NCBI GenBank assembly: GCA_977020255.1
Contig: CDROCS010004434.1
Coordinates: 62,001 to 126,000, forward strand
DNA length: 64,000 bases
DNA from: Obrimoposthia wandeli
Taxonomy: Eukaryota
Direction: 5' to 3'
A model generated the notes under the pieces. The model made no database searches, was not told the origin of the DNA, and saw only the letters and a list, made by a program, of their open reading frames with translations. This document shows positions 1-10,980 of the stretch, in pieces; within the stretch, counting starts at the first letter, position 1, and each line of letters begins with the position of its first letter. The translations under genes were made by a program, and so were the position numbers.

Positions 1-30
1 GAGAAGGAAAAGTTCAAGAGAGGCATCTTA

Positions 31-470
31 ATGATAAGATGGCCTAAAGTGAGCTACAGTGAAATTCCACAAGCAGAGGAAAAAGACAAAAAAGATAATT
101 CCAGAAGAATTCTGAAATCTAGGATATCCAATGAGAATCCCAATGCTCCACCACAAGTAGCAGTAACATTGAACGGAAGAGAATATCTTGCCGAAGTTGA
201 TACCGGATCAGCAGTATCAGTACTGAGTAACGAAATCTAGTACCAAAAAGAATTAAGAGAAGTCTGTCCTAGAAACCAGAAATTTGTAAAAGTGAATGGT
301 CCAGATGTAGTGTCGACAGGAAAACTGAAATGTCCATTGAATATAGATGGAAGAGCATTAAAGTTAAATGCTAGAATATTCACAGATTGCGGTAGTCCAG
401 TCCTGATTGGGATGGACGTAATACGAATGTTTGAAGGAATAATTATACTACCAAACAACAAGAATTATAA
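31..470 (+). pseudogene. Retroviral-type aspartic protease, copy 1 (one in-frame TAG at 238-240)
   Basis: LAEVDTGSAVSVLS active-site motif. ORFs 31..240 and 292..747 share a frame, continuing to the C-terminal motif VLIGMDVI. Confidence 0.85.
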
Positions 471-682
471 GAATGACAGTTCAGTGAGAGAGATGAAAAT
501 GTTGAGAGGACATATAGTCGAAAAGGAAAAATGCACTACGTTCCGTATGGGAAGTTCGTACCCAGACAAAAAACAGGAAAGCGCTAGCAAAGTCGATACT
601 TCACTACAAAAATGTAAATTTCGGACCACAAGATACGACGAGGAGAAAAATAACATATGTAAATCTGTCAGAAAGGGATCCC

Positions 683-1700
683 ATGAGATTCGAGAGAAAG
701 AGACGAAATATATTAGAACAGTACTATTCAAAAGGAATGGCACGTAAAATGGCAAGATCAGGTTTAGAAATGTTAAACGCGACAAGCAGTTATGGTCATG
801 AGGAAGTCGTACGATGCGTATGGTGTAGAGTAAAGTTTAGAGAATGGGAACAGAATGAAAACCCAATGAGACGTCATAAAAGAGATGCACCAAATTGTCC
901 ATTTCTTTTGAAACTGAAAACGTCAAACGTACCAGAAATCCAAACGGAAAAAGCACCCGATTTCGATTACAGTGACGGGATTCCAAAAGGAGAATCAGCT
1001 CTAATAACAGGTAGAGTAATAACGAATAGTCGAATTGAAGATATATTCGAAGTTATGCGAGAAGTGAACGAATGTGACGAACAGTATCGAGAAATAACTT
1101 TCGAAGACCCAAGACTTAAAAATTGGCAAAAAGGGACTTTTTGCTATAAAAAAGGATGGTAAAGACGTAATTAAATGCCACAAGTGTAAAAAGGAACGGA
1201 ATTATCGACAGATACACTCTTGAGCTACCTAACAAAATTTTACATCATGAATTTTGCGAATTTTGTACTTTTAAAAACAAAATAAAGCAAAAAGAACAGA
1301 AAACCGAATGTATAATCGAATACCAAATCACACGGAAAGAGATTTTGGCTCAACAAGACACACCGGTAGTGTCATTCGTGAGAAGATTATATCCAAAAGA
1401 AGCAGAAAGAATCAGAGAATTGGTAGAATTAAAAATAAAAACTACGCGAAACGGATACGGATCGATTTTTGAATTACTGCGAGATAAAGACGACAGTACA
1501 ATTGAAACAAAAGAGAAAGAGTACATAAATGAACTGGAATACGTACTAGAAGATCCGTGATGCGCAGTTTGTGGTCAACAAAATAGAAGTTGCCTTTCTA
1601 CCATGCGGACATGTAAGAACATGTCGGAGATGTGCGAATGAAATGGTATCATGTCCGATTTGTCGAAGAATAATAGATCGACAAGTGAGAAACATTAGAT
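683..1700 (+). pseudogene. Inhibitor-of-apoptosis (IAP) module inside Pol: BIR1, degenerate BIR2, C-terminal RING
   Basis: BIR1 CVWC-x16-H-x6-C has exact BIR zinc spacing. A second BIR-like DVIKCHKC...LHHEFC spans frameshifts at ~1150-1270. IAP-type RING reads CAVC.VNKIEVAFLPCGHVRTCRRCANEMVSCPICR at 1561-1670, after a TGA at 1558-1560 and a 1-nt frameshift. Confidence 0.88.
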
Positions 1701-2506
1701 TTCACTATCCAAATATAGGAAGTGGACGGACAGAGTGTAATAATTTGATAAATACAATATACCATATGGGAAATATAAATGGAGCACAGCGACCAGCAGC
1801 TATCATTAGAGTAAATAATTTAAGAGTAAAAGCCTTAATTGATACAGGTGCTGTAGCCTCGATAGTAAGTGAAGACTGTTTGACAGAAGAACAGAAACGA
1901 ACAATGGCAGAACCAGATGAATTCTTGGTATCGGTCAATGGAGACCCTGTTAAAGTGACGGGAATATTACCATGTACATTTATAATTGGACGTAATACGA
2001 TCACTATACCAGTTAGAATCATGAAAGAATGTCCTGAACCTACAATTTTGGGAATGGATGTATTATCACAACTCAAAGGGATAAGTATTGATTTACAAGA
2101 TCCAAGATTGAAGGATAGCACATCAAACAGACAAATAAACCAAATTGATGTAATTATAGAGAATCCTATAAAAATCGGTAAAAGATCGCAATTTCTCATT
2201 CAAGGTCACACATTATCAGAAGATAAAGGACCAGTTGTGTTCGAACCATCACGAGATTTCATAGAGAAATACGAATTACCAGTTGTGAGTACAGTATGCC
2301 TGATCGAAAACCACAAAATACCAGTTAGACTGATGAATACAACCAACAATGACATCCTATTATACAGAGGAATGAGGTTGGGAAAGATAGCACAGATGGA
2401 GAATTCCACTGTATGCGCTATGAAACTCGATAAAGATACGAATGATTACGAAGAAATAGTAATCCAATCAGAAAGACTGACAACTAGAAAAGAAACAATT
2501 ACTTGA
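1571..2506 (+). CDS. Pol fragment: IAP RING fused in frame to aspartic protease copy 2 and the pre-RT beta-rich linker
   Basis: One ORF contains the RING, ALIDTGAVASIVS, PTILGMDVL and the IPVRLMN...LYRGMRLG segment common between PR and RT in Gypsy elements. Confidence 0.85.
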   Translation: MVNKIEVAFLPCGHVRTCRRCANEMVSCPICRRIIDRQVRNIRFHYPNIGSGRTECNNLINTIYHMGNINGAQRPAAIIRVNNLRVKALIDTGAVASIVSEDCLTEEQKRTMAEPDEFLVSVNGDPVKVTGILPCTFIIGRNTITIPVRIMKECPEPTILGMDVLSQLKGISIDLQDPRLKDSTSNRQINQIDVIIENPIKIGKRSQFLIQGHTLSEDKGPVVFEPSRDFIEKYELPVVSTVCLIENHKIPVRLMNTTNNDILLYRGMRLGKIAQMENSTVCAMKLDKDTNDYEEIVIQSERLTTRKETIT

Positions 2507-2529
2507 TCTAATACATAAATTTCCGAAAG

Positions 2530-3980
2530 TAATTGCAAAAATCCATATGACATAGGAGAAACACCTGTCATAAAACATACAATACCACTGACAGAAGACA
2601 AAGTAGTCAGAAGAAGACCATATCGAGTACCATTACAGTTACAAGATGAAGTAAAAAGTCAGATAGAAGATATGTCTAAAACAGGAGTAATTAGACCGAG
2701 TTTTTCAACGCCATTCTCAGCACCTCTGTGGTGCTGGTGTGTAAAAAAGAAGGATGGGAAAATGAGATTCTGTATAGATTTCGAGAGAACTGAACAAGAT
2801 CACAAGAAAAGATGTGTATCCATTACCTAGAATCGAAGAGATGCTCGATAAATTGGGTAATTCAGATTATTTTACGACATTGATTTGCAGAGTGGATACT
2901 GGCAAATCGAGATAGAGGAGTGAAGAGGATAAACACAAACAGCCTTTTCCTGCGGAGATGGATTATACGAATGCGAAAAAAGATGCCATTCGGACTGACA
3001 GGAGCTCCAGCAACATTTTCACGTTGCATGAATTTTGGCCTCACTTGCATCAGTGTGCAAACACAGATGGTTTATATCGATGACATAATAATATTTTCGA
3101 AAACGTTCGAAGAACATTTAAAAAATCTTGAAGTTGTATTTAAAAGACTGGAAAACGCTAAATTAAAAAGTAAAACCTACAAAATGCGTAAGTGCTAAAG
3201 AGCGAGTAACATTTTTAGGACATATAGTATCGAAAGAAGGCATTCGACCTGATCCAGCAAAGATCGAGAAAGTAAAAGCGCATTTAGCACCAAAGACTGT
3301 TAAGGAGATACAGCAGTTTTTTAGGTCTTGCGAATTACTATAGACGATTTGTTGAACATTTTTCAGATATAGCAACACCATTGAGAAAGTTGACGAGAAA
3401 AGATGAGAAGTTCATATGGGGAGAAGAAGCCCAACAAGCGTTCGAGCATTTAAAAGAAAGACTGATAAAAGCACCAATATTAGCGTTTCCAGATATAAAC
3501 CGACAATTCATACTCATGACAGATGCAAGTAACTATGCTGTAGGAGCAGTATTGGGACAAGAGGATGACGAAGGAAGAGAACACGTCATCGCGTATGCGA
3601 GTAGAGGATTAAACAGAGCCGAAAAGAGGATACTCTGTTATCGAAAAGGAAATGTCTAGCCATAGTGTATTCATGTAGACAGTACAGACACTATTTGCTA
3701 GGACAAAAAGTATTCCGGCCTGTATACAGATCACAAACCACTACAGTTCTTGTATAAACATAGAGATGAGATGAGTAGATTAAACAGATGGTTTCTAAAA
3801 TTGGCCGAATTCGATCTAGAAATCCGTTATAGAACCGGAAAGTCGAATGGCAACGCAGATTGTTTATCGAGATTGACAAATGTAGACGAGAAAGGAAACA
3901 TAATTCCAGAAGAAGATAAAACCAATGACCAAAAAGGAGAAGCAAATCTACTGACGATTTTGCTAAAGACGGTAAAATAG
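2530..3980 (+). pseudogene. Reverse transcriptase and RNase H, frameshifted
   Basis: Motifs RRPYRVP, MPFGLTGAPATFSR, YIDDIIIFS, LMTDASNYAVGAVL and NADCLSR are spread over several frames. Confidence 0.92.
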
Positions 3981-4099
3981 ACAAAGAGATCATCAAAGAA
4001 CAGAAAAAGAAGATGAAGAACTGAGTCTAATCAAAGAATTGTTGGTGAAAGGAGATCTAAACGATGAAATGACGAAAAATACTCGATAAAAGAAGGAAT

Positions 4100-5300
4100 C
4101 TTGTATATTGTCAATAATGTCGGAAAGATAGTAGTAGTAATTCCGAAGTCATTGGAAAACAGCAGTGATGATCCAGTATCACGACGGAACACTAGGAGGT
4201 TTACATCTGTCAGGGCGAAAGACAATAGCCAGAATCAAAGAGAAGTACCATTGGGATGGTATGGAAGACGACATAAAACAATGGTGTAAACAATGTAAAG
4301 TATGTTTAACCAGAAAAGACACCGGAACTCGTACTAAAGTTCCGTTGAAACCAATGCCAGTTCCCTTGGCACCAATGGAATTCACAGCGATGGATATATT
4401 GGGACCATTGAGAGAATCAAGTAAAGGAAACAAGTATGTCATAGTATTTACGGATTACATGACGAGATGGGTAGAAGCATATCCCATGCAGAACCAGAAA
4501 GCTGAAACAATAGCGCAAATCTTAGTGGAAGAGATAATATTTCGATACGGAGTGCCTAGAAAGTTGTTAACGGATCAAGGTAAGAACTTCACTGGAGAAG
4601 TCATAAAAGCAGTATTGAAGATATCTGGAATTATGAAGTTACAAACTTCACCATATCATCCACAGACAGATGAATCGGTGGAAAGGTTTAATAAAACTTT
4701 ATGTATGATGGTGACAATCCTATTGCTCAGATAAGCAAGAGGATTGGATAAATATTTACCTTCATGTTTATATGCTTACAGGAATTAGTTCGAGAGGCGA
4801 CAGGTCACACACCATTCTATCTGATGTATCTCAGACAGAACAATATGCCAATGGATCTGGGACTGAGCCAACATCTCAGTACCTAGAAACTGAACAATAC
4901 ATTGTCGTCATGAAGGAAAGATTACAAGATGCTTGGACCAAAGCCGGATTGAAGTTGAAATTCAATCAAGAAGGTTACAAGGAACAATACGACAAAAAGC
5001 AAAACCGCATGAATTTAGAGCCGAGATCAAGTGATGATATTTTATCCAGTCATCGAACCAGGTCTATCGTTTAAACTTCATAGACCATATAAAGGACCAT
5101 ACAAGGTGATCCAGACAACCTCAACAAATTTGAAAGTAATCAACGAAGAGAATCGGAACAAGGAACCGATGATTGTACATGCAAATCGATGCAAATTAGT
5201 ACCAAATAAAGATAATGCGTCACGATATGAGTTAAGATCACAGAAATCGAAATCGAATACCAATACCATTAAACTTACACTATTAATGAATGGTAAGTGA
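4100..5300 (+). pseudogene. Gypsy integrase (HHCC zinc finger, DDE core, GPY/F tail), frameshifted
   Basis: HDGTLGGLH...CKQC, AMDILGP, LTDQGKNF, VERFNKTL and RPYKGPY are all present. Confidence 0.92.
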
Positions 5301-5354
5301 TCGGAACTACATAAACATGATGACGAGTGGTGGCGAAGAAAACCAGAGAACGGT

Positions 5355-8300
5355 ATGCTCAGAATGAAGTACCAAGAGGAAAAGGAAGTAATCCGACACA
5401 TCGCACCACAGGAGATATTAGAAGAAGACGAAGAGATAATAGTCGTTTTCGAAAAAACACAACCAACAGACGTAGCTAAAGAAGTCATTGTGAAAGATGC
5501 ACTAACAAACGAATTTCTGTGCGAACTTAGAGTGTCATACTACGACGGAAATACACTAGTCGCAGCACTTTATCAAAATTCCAATGTGTTTACGACTGAG
5601 AAAGTGATAATCGAAATCACATTGACACCAAACATAGTTGCATGGCAGAACTATGACAGTACTGAAGCAGGACTAGCCAGTCAGGAAGAGAAGGAACCGG
5701 CCGGTGGTCACATACTGCATGGTACACCAAAAAGACTCAAACAAGAATACCACGATGTAATAATGGTATTACGTAATTCACATGGGGAAAGAGATATCAT
5801 GAGAGTCCATTTAATCGACGCTGACACTGAAAAGATAATTTGTCAGATGGACACCAAATATTTTGATGGAAAGACAATTGTATGTTGTATACCAGAATCT
5901 CACCGGTTAGACACAGATCAAACGGAAGTATCTGTAAGGTTGAGCGTAATAGAAGGATTCCATTCGCCAACTTATCCGGAAGTGACTAACAATAAAATCA
6001 TCAAAGCAACGGCAGAGTTACGCATTGACAGCGGATACCGGAAGTGGGAAGCTAAAAATAAAAAGCCACAAAGAATCAATATGATCCGAGAACAAGTAAC
6101 AACTTCAAACCAGCCAAAATATCATGCTGAAATAGTATCATCCGCGCCAAGTGTAATTACATCGATAAACGACGAAATTATAATTTTACTAAAAAATCGA
6201 TGGCCGTCATCAACCGAGATACGAGTAAACTTAATTAATTATGCGAAGACACCGATATCTAAGCTGAATGTTACCTATTTTGATGGATTGTCCATCATGG
6301 GTAAATTGGAAACAATTGTCATGTGCTATGGAGCACAGTTCCAAGTTGAGATACTTAAAGATAGTGTAATACCGTATCCGATTCACAAATACGAAGGGGA
6401 AATCAACCCAATTATTCTAACCCCTTCATTAATTTCAGTTCAAACAGACATACCAGAATACCCTTCGAGCGAGTCTAGTGAAGACAGCGAACCGGAAAGT
6501 AACGATACAGAATCAACAGAATCCGAAGATAACATAATAGAGCGATTCGGAAGAACCATTGAGGTTGAATTCGCTAAAGAGAGCAGAAAAAGACAAAACA
6601 TAGAATTCGTGAAACAGAATATACAAGAAAGACGAATTAAATCTGCAGAAGAGACCGAGTCGGAAGAAGACTCAACAAAGAAACAAACATCAGAGACAAA
6701 GATGAATATCTCTCCAGCAATACGAATGCTGAGAGGAAAGAAATTGGCGAAACTATCCAACATCGACGAACAAATAGAGAAGAGATTAGAAAGACTAAAA
6801 CTTGAAGAGTCAGAATTAATGCCACCAATGAGTGAGATCATTCCAGGTAAGTTATACCTCGGAAATGTGGAGGATGCAACAGATGAAAAGAAACTGTTGG
6901 AACAAGGGATAACATATGTGATCAACGTTACAATGAATCACAAATCGCAATATCAGACGATCAGAGCTATGACATTAAGAGTAAAAGACTCAATGGACGC
7001 TAATCTTCTCGAATGGTTTGTAGAAACAAACGAAATACTTCACAGAGAACTCCGAAACCGAGGAAAAGTGTTAGTACATTGTCAGAAAGGAATTTCTCGA
7101 TCAGCAACCCTAGTATTAGCATATCTAATAAAGACTAGACGAATGCAGGTACTAGAAGCGTTAAAATACCTACAGGAGAGAAGAAGTATTGCAAACCCAA
7201 ATCTTAATTTTTTGGGACAGTTGGCAAATTACCAACTTCTGTTGCAAGAACAAAGACGGATGGACGACATTCCTGAGGATCCAAAGGAAAAGAATTTCCT
7301 CCAAGCATTATCATTGACCGGGTTATTTTTAGCCGGAGTCGATAAAATCACACAGATAATGCCAAAAGTATTTTTATGTCATCCAGGAGATATAGATACT
7401 GCTGGATTAAAGTTCCATAGTATCAACCGAGTAATCAACATTGTTGAAGTCGGAAACGAGATAATTAGTCTGTGTCAAAATACTGAAGATGACACCATTC
7501 GATACATACATGCTTCCAATCGAGAGATAAACGATGCACAACAACATCTGACGAAATTGACTCAAACCATCCAAGCTGAAGTCACAGAAGGAAACGGCGT
7601 TCTGATATATCAGAAAAAAGGTACAATGTTAGCGCCTACCATAGGTGTATCCTTGTTGGTAGAGTACCATGGTCATACGCCAGAAGAAGCGATGGTCTAC
7701 ATCAAACAGAATAGACCAAATACGGAATTCAAACCGTTACTCGTTCGAGAAATAGAGAAATACACCGAAAAGAGGAAACAACAACGAGAAACAAATGAAG
7801 CTACAACAACAGTGCCCAGCTTTCAATACCAAAGATTGCTAGCGATAGGCTTGTTAAGTTGTTTAATGCCGATAACGGGAGCACAGGAGATAGGCTCCAA
7901 CCACGGAAATAGTTCCTGGTTCAACGAAATCCACAATTACACCATAAAATACCATACACCGGCACTGATGATGTTATTAGTATTGTTAGGACTAATTGAT
8001 GTATGGATCATCCGAATATGTCTTCGATCTATGAGAACCGACAGTAAAAGATTTCAGTTTGTAAAGATGAAAAGACCAAATGGACCAACGAACAAAGTGC
8101 TTGTGTATCTAGACGAAAGGATCGAAGACAACATAGTAAATGAAGCGATATTTTACCCACAAAACAGAATACTGAATCAATTCCGAATAGATTACGAAGC
8201 TGACCGACAGCGCACACTTGACCGAATATCAACAACATTCGCCGGATGCAAGCGAAGAAAACGAGTTGTAAAGGAAATACAAAAAGATGCTGATACAAAA

Positions 8301-10496
8301 GGACCAACGTATATATTCGATGGCGATGTCATCAAAACACGTGAGTATGGAAGTAAGAGAGTGATAATTGAAACGATGGAAGGACATAGAACATGCTTGT
8401 CCGCAAAAAATGGATTCGGAAAGTTGACGATACAAGGTAAACCAGTACAGTTGATTATCGGACGAGATGGAATCGAGGAGATGTCAAAACAACGACAGAC
8501 AACAAAACGAACCAATCAGAAACAGATATCTCTCAAACGATTGATAATTAAAACCCTTTGCAAAAGGTCAGTCAAGGCTCTGTGCACCGTTGCACAAGGA
8601 TTGATCTATGGAGTAGTAATTGGATTGGTACTGCAAGCCATGCCAACCAGTAAAGCCGAATTGATGACACTATCCGAATATAATTTACATTTGAGAAATC
8701 TAGACAACACCCTAGAAATAATCAAGACATCCCACAGTAGAGCCGTGATGATCATGTGTGTAAAAGGATGTCCAGGACGAATGTGTATAGTCCCAGCGAC
8801 CGAAATGATAACACTTAATGGACATTATGGAGTTAGTGTTGTCACATGTGAAGACTACATATTTGGACAAACTAAAATAGTGCTTCTCAGTGACATGTCC
8901 AACCAAAGTGCACACAAATTTAGAATATTAACCATCAAGAGTAAAGGAATACCAGCAGTACGTTATGGTATTCTAGAATTGGTTAATCCAATACTGGCAC
9001 TGATCATTGGATTTATAATATTAATATTACTCATTTTGTTTTGTTGTTCAAAGATAGAGTCGAGATCAAAAAAGAAACGTCATGACCTCGCAAGACGAAC
9101 AGGTCAAATGAACTTACAAAAATTCAACACAATTATACCAAGACCACCATTTCTAGATGAACCAGCACCAGAGTACCAGCCAACGATATATGAACATATT
9201 GAGGAAAGACCGTACTATATGAGTAATTTGACTTGTTTCATTGAAGTTCCTGAGTTTAGGAATCGAACGATCATAGGAATCATGCTGATCGTACAAATCA
9301 CCACTACCAAGGCTAGTTATGAGATCATGATCAGTAAATGGAGACAAGACGTAATACGGGCAATATACATAGAAATTCCCTTACTAAAAACAAATCACGT
9401 AGTAGACATTCATCTACAGACGTCAGCAACTGACAATATCGATCAGAAATTGTATGTCATCCGACAGGTCAGAATAAAAATCCACCAAAATACACCCGTT
9501 TACAATTTAATATTATTGTATCATGAAAGAGTGTTATACCTACGGATAACAATATCAAAGAGGAAGCGGATTATCCAAAGTATCCGAACAAAGTCATTAA
9601 TATTACCTAGAGATGAGCGCATCTGGAAAATTGTCGACAGGATTATGATCACAGGTAGACGACGTAAAGCCGTATGGAATTCCGTTAGGATATTTTTCAG
9701 ATTGCTAGAAACTGACAGCGTGACAGTAATGAGTCCCAACCCAGATGGCGTAATCAGATTCGAAATCCAAAGCCAAATGTTAGTACCACATTTTAACACA
9801 GAATGTCTGTGTAATCGAATTGCCAGTAATTCTACAGAGACCTCGACCATAATCATGATAATAACAGGTGAAATATTCTACATAACTCTAAGATACCAGA
9901 ACCGTCGATTTCGTAGATACGGTATAAGTATCAAACCCAGGAAAATCATTCCCAGAAGACCAATCCTAGTCAAAAAGAAGGCAAAGGTAATCGAAAGTAA
10001 ACGCCATTCCAAAAAACCGACAGTGATCAGAACAAAGACAGAAGCGAAAGAAAAAGAGCTAAATCCCAGAAACCAAAGTACAATTATTAAGAAGACAAGA
10101 GTGAGGGGAACGATCCCACTAGATCCCAAACATCATTTCCAATCCAAAATAATAATACCTGTTCCATCAGAAACAAAACACCCAAATCCCCGAATTTTTA
10201 GAAAATCGGACATAATACATGGAAACCGATCAAAACCCATGGAAATGTCATTCGAACCAACAAACAACAAAATGAAGTATGATTATAAATCATCAGACAG
10301 CGGAATAACAGCGGTCAATGCCCTAATTGGAATGGCCGTAGTGTCAACAGCAGTGGTTTTATTGACAATCGTGCGTAAAAGGCAGTCACCAGTATGCCCA
10401 GGAATACGACGAAAATGCGAAGGATTGCGATGCTGTGACACACCCATCATGGAGGAAGTGGAATTAGACTTACCTCCGCCTCCCATCAAGATATGA
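5355..10496 (+). CDS. 1713-aa cargo polyprotein: three beta-rich repeats, dual-specificity phosphatase, pseudo-phosphatase, serial signal-peptide/TM (env-like) region
   Basis: Uninterrupted ORF. DUSP fold at ~6828-7245 (LYLGN, VHCQKGISRSATLVLAYL, NPNLNFLGQL). Second DUSP-like copy at ~7345-7770 lacks the catalytic Cys (LIYQKKGTMLA). Hydrophobic segments at ~7830-7885, 7960-8025, 8570-8660, 8990-9050, 9265-9315 and 10310-10375. Confidence 0.85.
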   Translation: MLRMKYQEEKEVIRHIAPQEILEEDEEIIVVFEKTQPTDVAKEVIVKDALTNEFLCELRVSYYDGNTLVAALYQNSNVFTTEKVIIEITLTPNIVAWQNYDSTEAGLASQEEKEPAGGHILHGTPKRLKQEYHDVIMVLRNSHGERDIMRVHLIDADTEKIICQMDTKYFDGKTIVCCIPESHRLDTDQTEVSVRLSVIEGFHSPTYPEVTNNKIIKATAELRIDSGYRKWEAKNKKPQRINMIREQVTTSNQPKYHAEIVSSAPSVITSINDEIIILLKNRWPSSTEIRVNLINYAKTPISKLNVTYFDGLSIMGKLETIVMCYGAQFQVEILKDSVIPYPIHKYEGEINPIILTPSLISVQTDIPEYPSSESSEDSEPESNDTESTESEDNIIERFGRTIEVEFAKESRKRQNIEFVKQNIQERRIKSAEETESEEDSTKKQTSETKMNISPAIRMLRGKKLAKLSNIDEQIEKRLERLKLEESELMPPMSEIIPGKLYLGNVEDATDEKKLLEQGITYVINVTMNHKSQYQTIRAMTLRVKDSMDANLLEWFVETNEILHRELRNRGKVLVHCQKGISRSATLVLAYLIKTRRMQVLEALKYLQERRSIANPNLNFLGQLANYQLLLQEQRRMDDIPEDPKEKNFLQALSLTGLFLAGVDKITQIMPKVFLCHPGDIDTAGLKFHSINRVINIVEVGNEIISLCQNTEDDTIRYIHASNREINDAQQHLTKLTQTIQAEVTEGNGVLIYQKKGTMLAPTIGVSLLVEYHGHTPEEAMVYIKQNRPNTEFKPLLVREIEKYTEKRKQQRETNEATTTVPSFQYQRLLAIGLLSCLMPITGAQEIGSNHGNSSWFNEIHNYTIKYHTPALMMLLVLLGLIDVWIIRICLRSMRTDSKRFQFVKMKRPNGPTNKVLVYLDERIEDNIVNEAIFYPQNRILNQFRIDYEADRQRTLDRISTTFAGCKRRKRVVKEIQKDADTKGPTYIFDGDVIKTREYGSKRVIIETMEGHRTCLSAKNGFGKLTIQGKPVQLIIGRDGIEEMSKQRQTTKRTNQKQISLKRLIIKTLCKRSVKALCTVAQGLIYGVVIGLVLQAMPTSKAELMTLSEYNLHLRNLDNTLEIIKTSHSRAVMIMCVKGCPGRMCIVPATEMITLNGHYGVSVVTCEDYIFGQTKIVLLSDMSNQSAHKFRILTIKSKGIPAVRYGILELVNPILALIIGFIILILLILFCCSKIESRSKKKRHDLARRTGQMNLQKFNTIIPRPPFLDEPAPEYQPTIYEHIEERPYYMSNLTCFIEVPEFRNRTIIGIMLIVQITTTKASYEIMISKWRQDVIRAIYIEIPLLKTNHVVDIHLQTSATDNIDQKLYVIRQVRIKIHQNTPVYNLILLYHERVLYLRITISKRKRIIQSIRTKSLILPRDERIWKIVDRIMITGRRRKAVWNSVRIFFRLLETDSVTVMSPNPDGVIRFEIQSQMLVPHFNTECLCNRIASNSTETSTIIMIITGEIFYITLRYQNRRFRRYGISIKPRKIIPRRPILVKKKAKVIESKRHSKKPTVIRTKTEAKEKELNPRNQSTIIKKTRVRGTIPLDPKHHFQSKIIIPVPSETKHPNPRIFRKSDIIHGNRSKPMEMSFEPTNNKMKYDYKSSDSGITAVNALIGMAVVSTAVVLLTIVRKRQSPVCPGIRRKCEGLRCCDTPIMEEVELDLPPPPIKI

Positions 10497-10620
10497 TGAG
10501 TCAGGAGGAGGTTGTAGATAAATTAGTGTGTGAAATATGTAGAAATATCTAGAAGCGATTGTACAAATAGTAGAAGTATATAAAACTCATGTAGAAATTA
10601 ATCATCATCATGTATTTAGA

Positions 10621-10920
10621 ATGGCCGAAGAATGCCCAATATGTTTGGAAGATCTAACCGAACGAAGAACAAGACCCGAAACCTGCAACCATTTACACCA
10701 CGAGGAATGTTTATCGACATGGATCAGAACTTATGGACAGTTCGGACACCCAACATACCCTCGTTGCCCTGTATGCAGAAGACAATTCGCAAGATTCGTC
10801 ATGTTAGAACCCAACCAAGAGGATGTATATGTACAGGTGGTATTCTGTTGGAAGAATTTCGGAGAGTGTTGGTGTTATTACTGTTTGTCAGATCGACAAA
10901 ATCAGACCACTTTTGTGTAA
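10621..10920 (+). CDS. Small RING-H2 putative E3 ligase, copy 1, with C-terminal CWK..CWCxxC motif
   Basis: CPIC...CNHLHHEEC...W...CPVC pattern. TATATAAAA at ~10577 and TTTAG immediately 5' of the ATG. Confidence 0.8.
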   Translation: MAEECPICLEDLTERRTRPETCNHLHHEECLSTWIRTYGQFGHPTYPRCPVCRRQFARFVMLEPNQEDVYVQVVFCWKNFGECWCYYCLSDRQNQTTFV

Positions 10921-10980
10921 ACATCACACAACCACCAGTCCTCAATCGAGCCCAAATTCAACATCAACCCTCCCACAGTA

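Noticed and set aside
6440-10489. Antisense ORFs opposite the 1713-aa ORF
   Set aside because: Shadow frames of a purine-rich coding strand, with no motifs.
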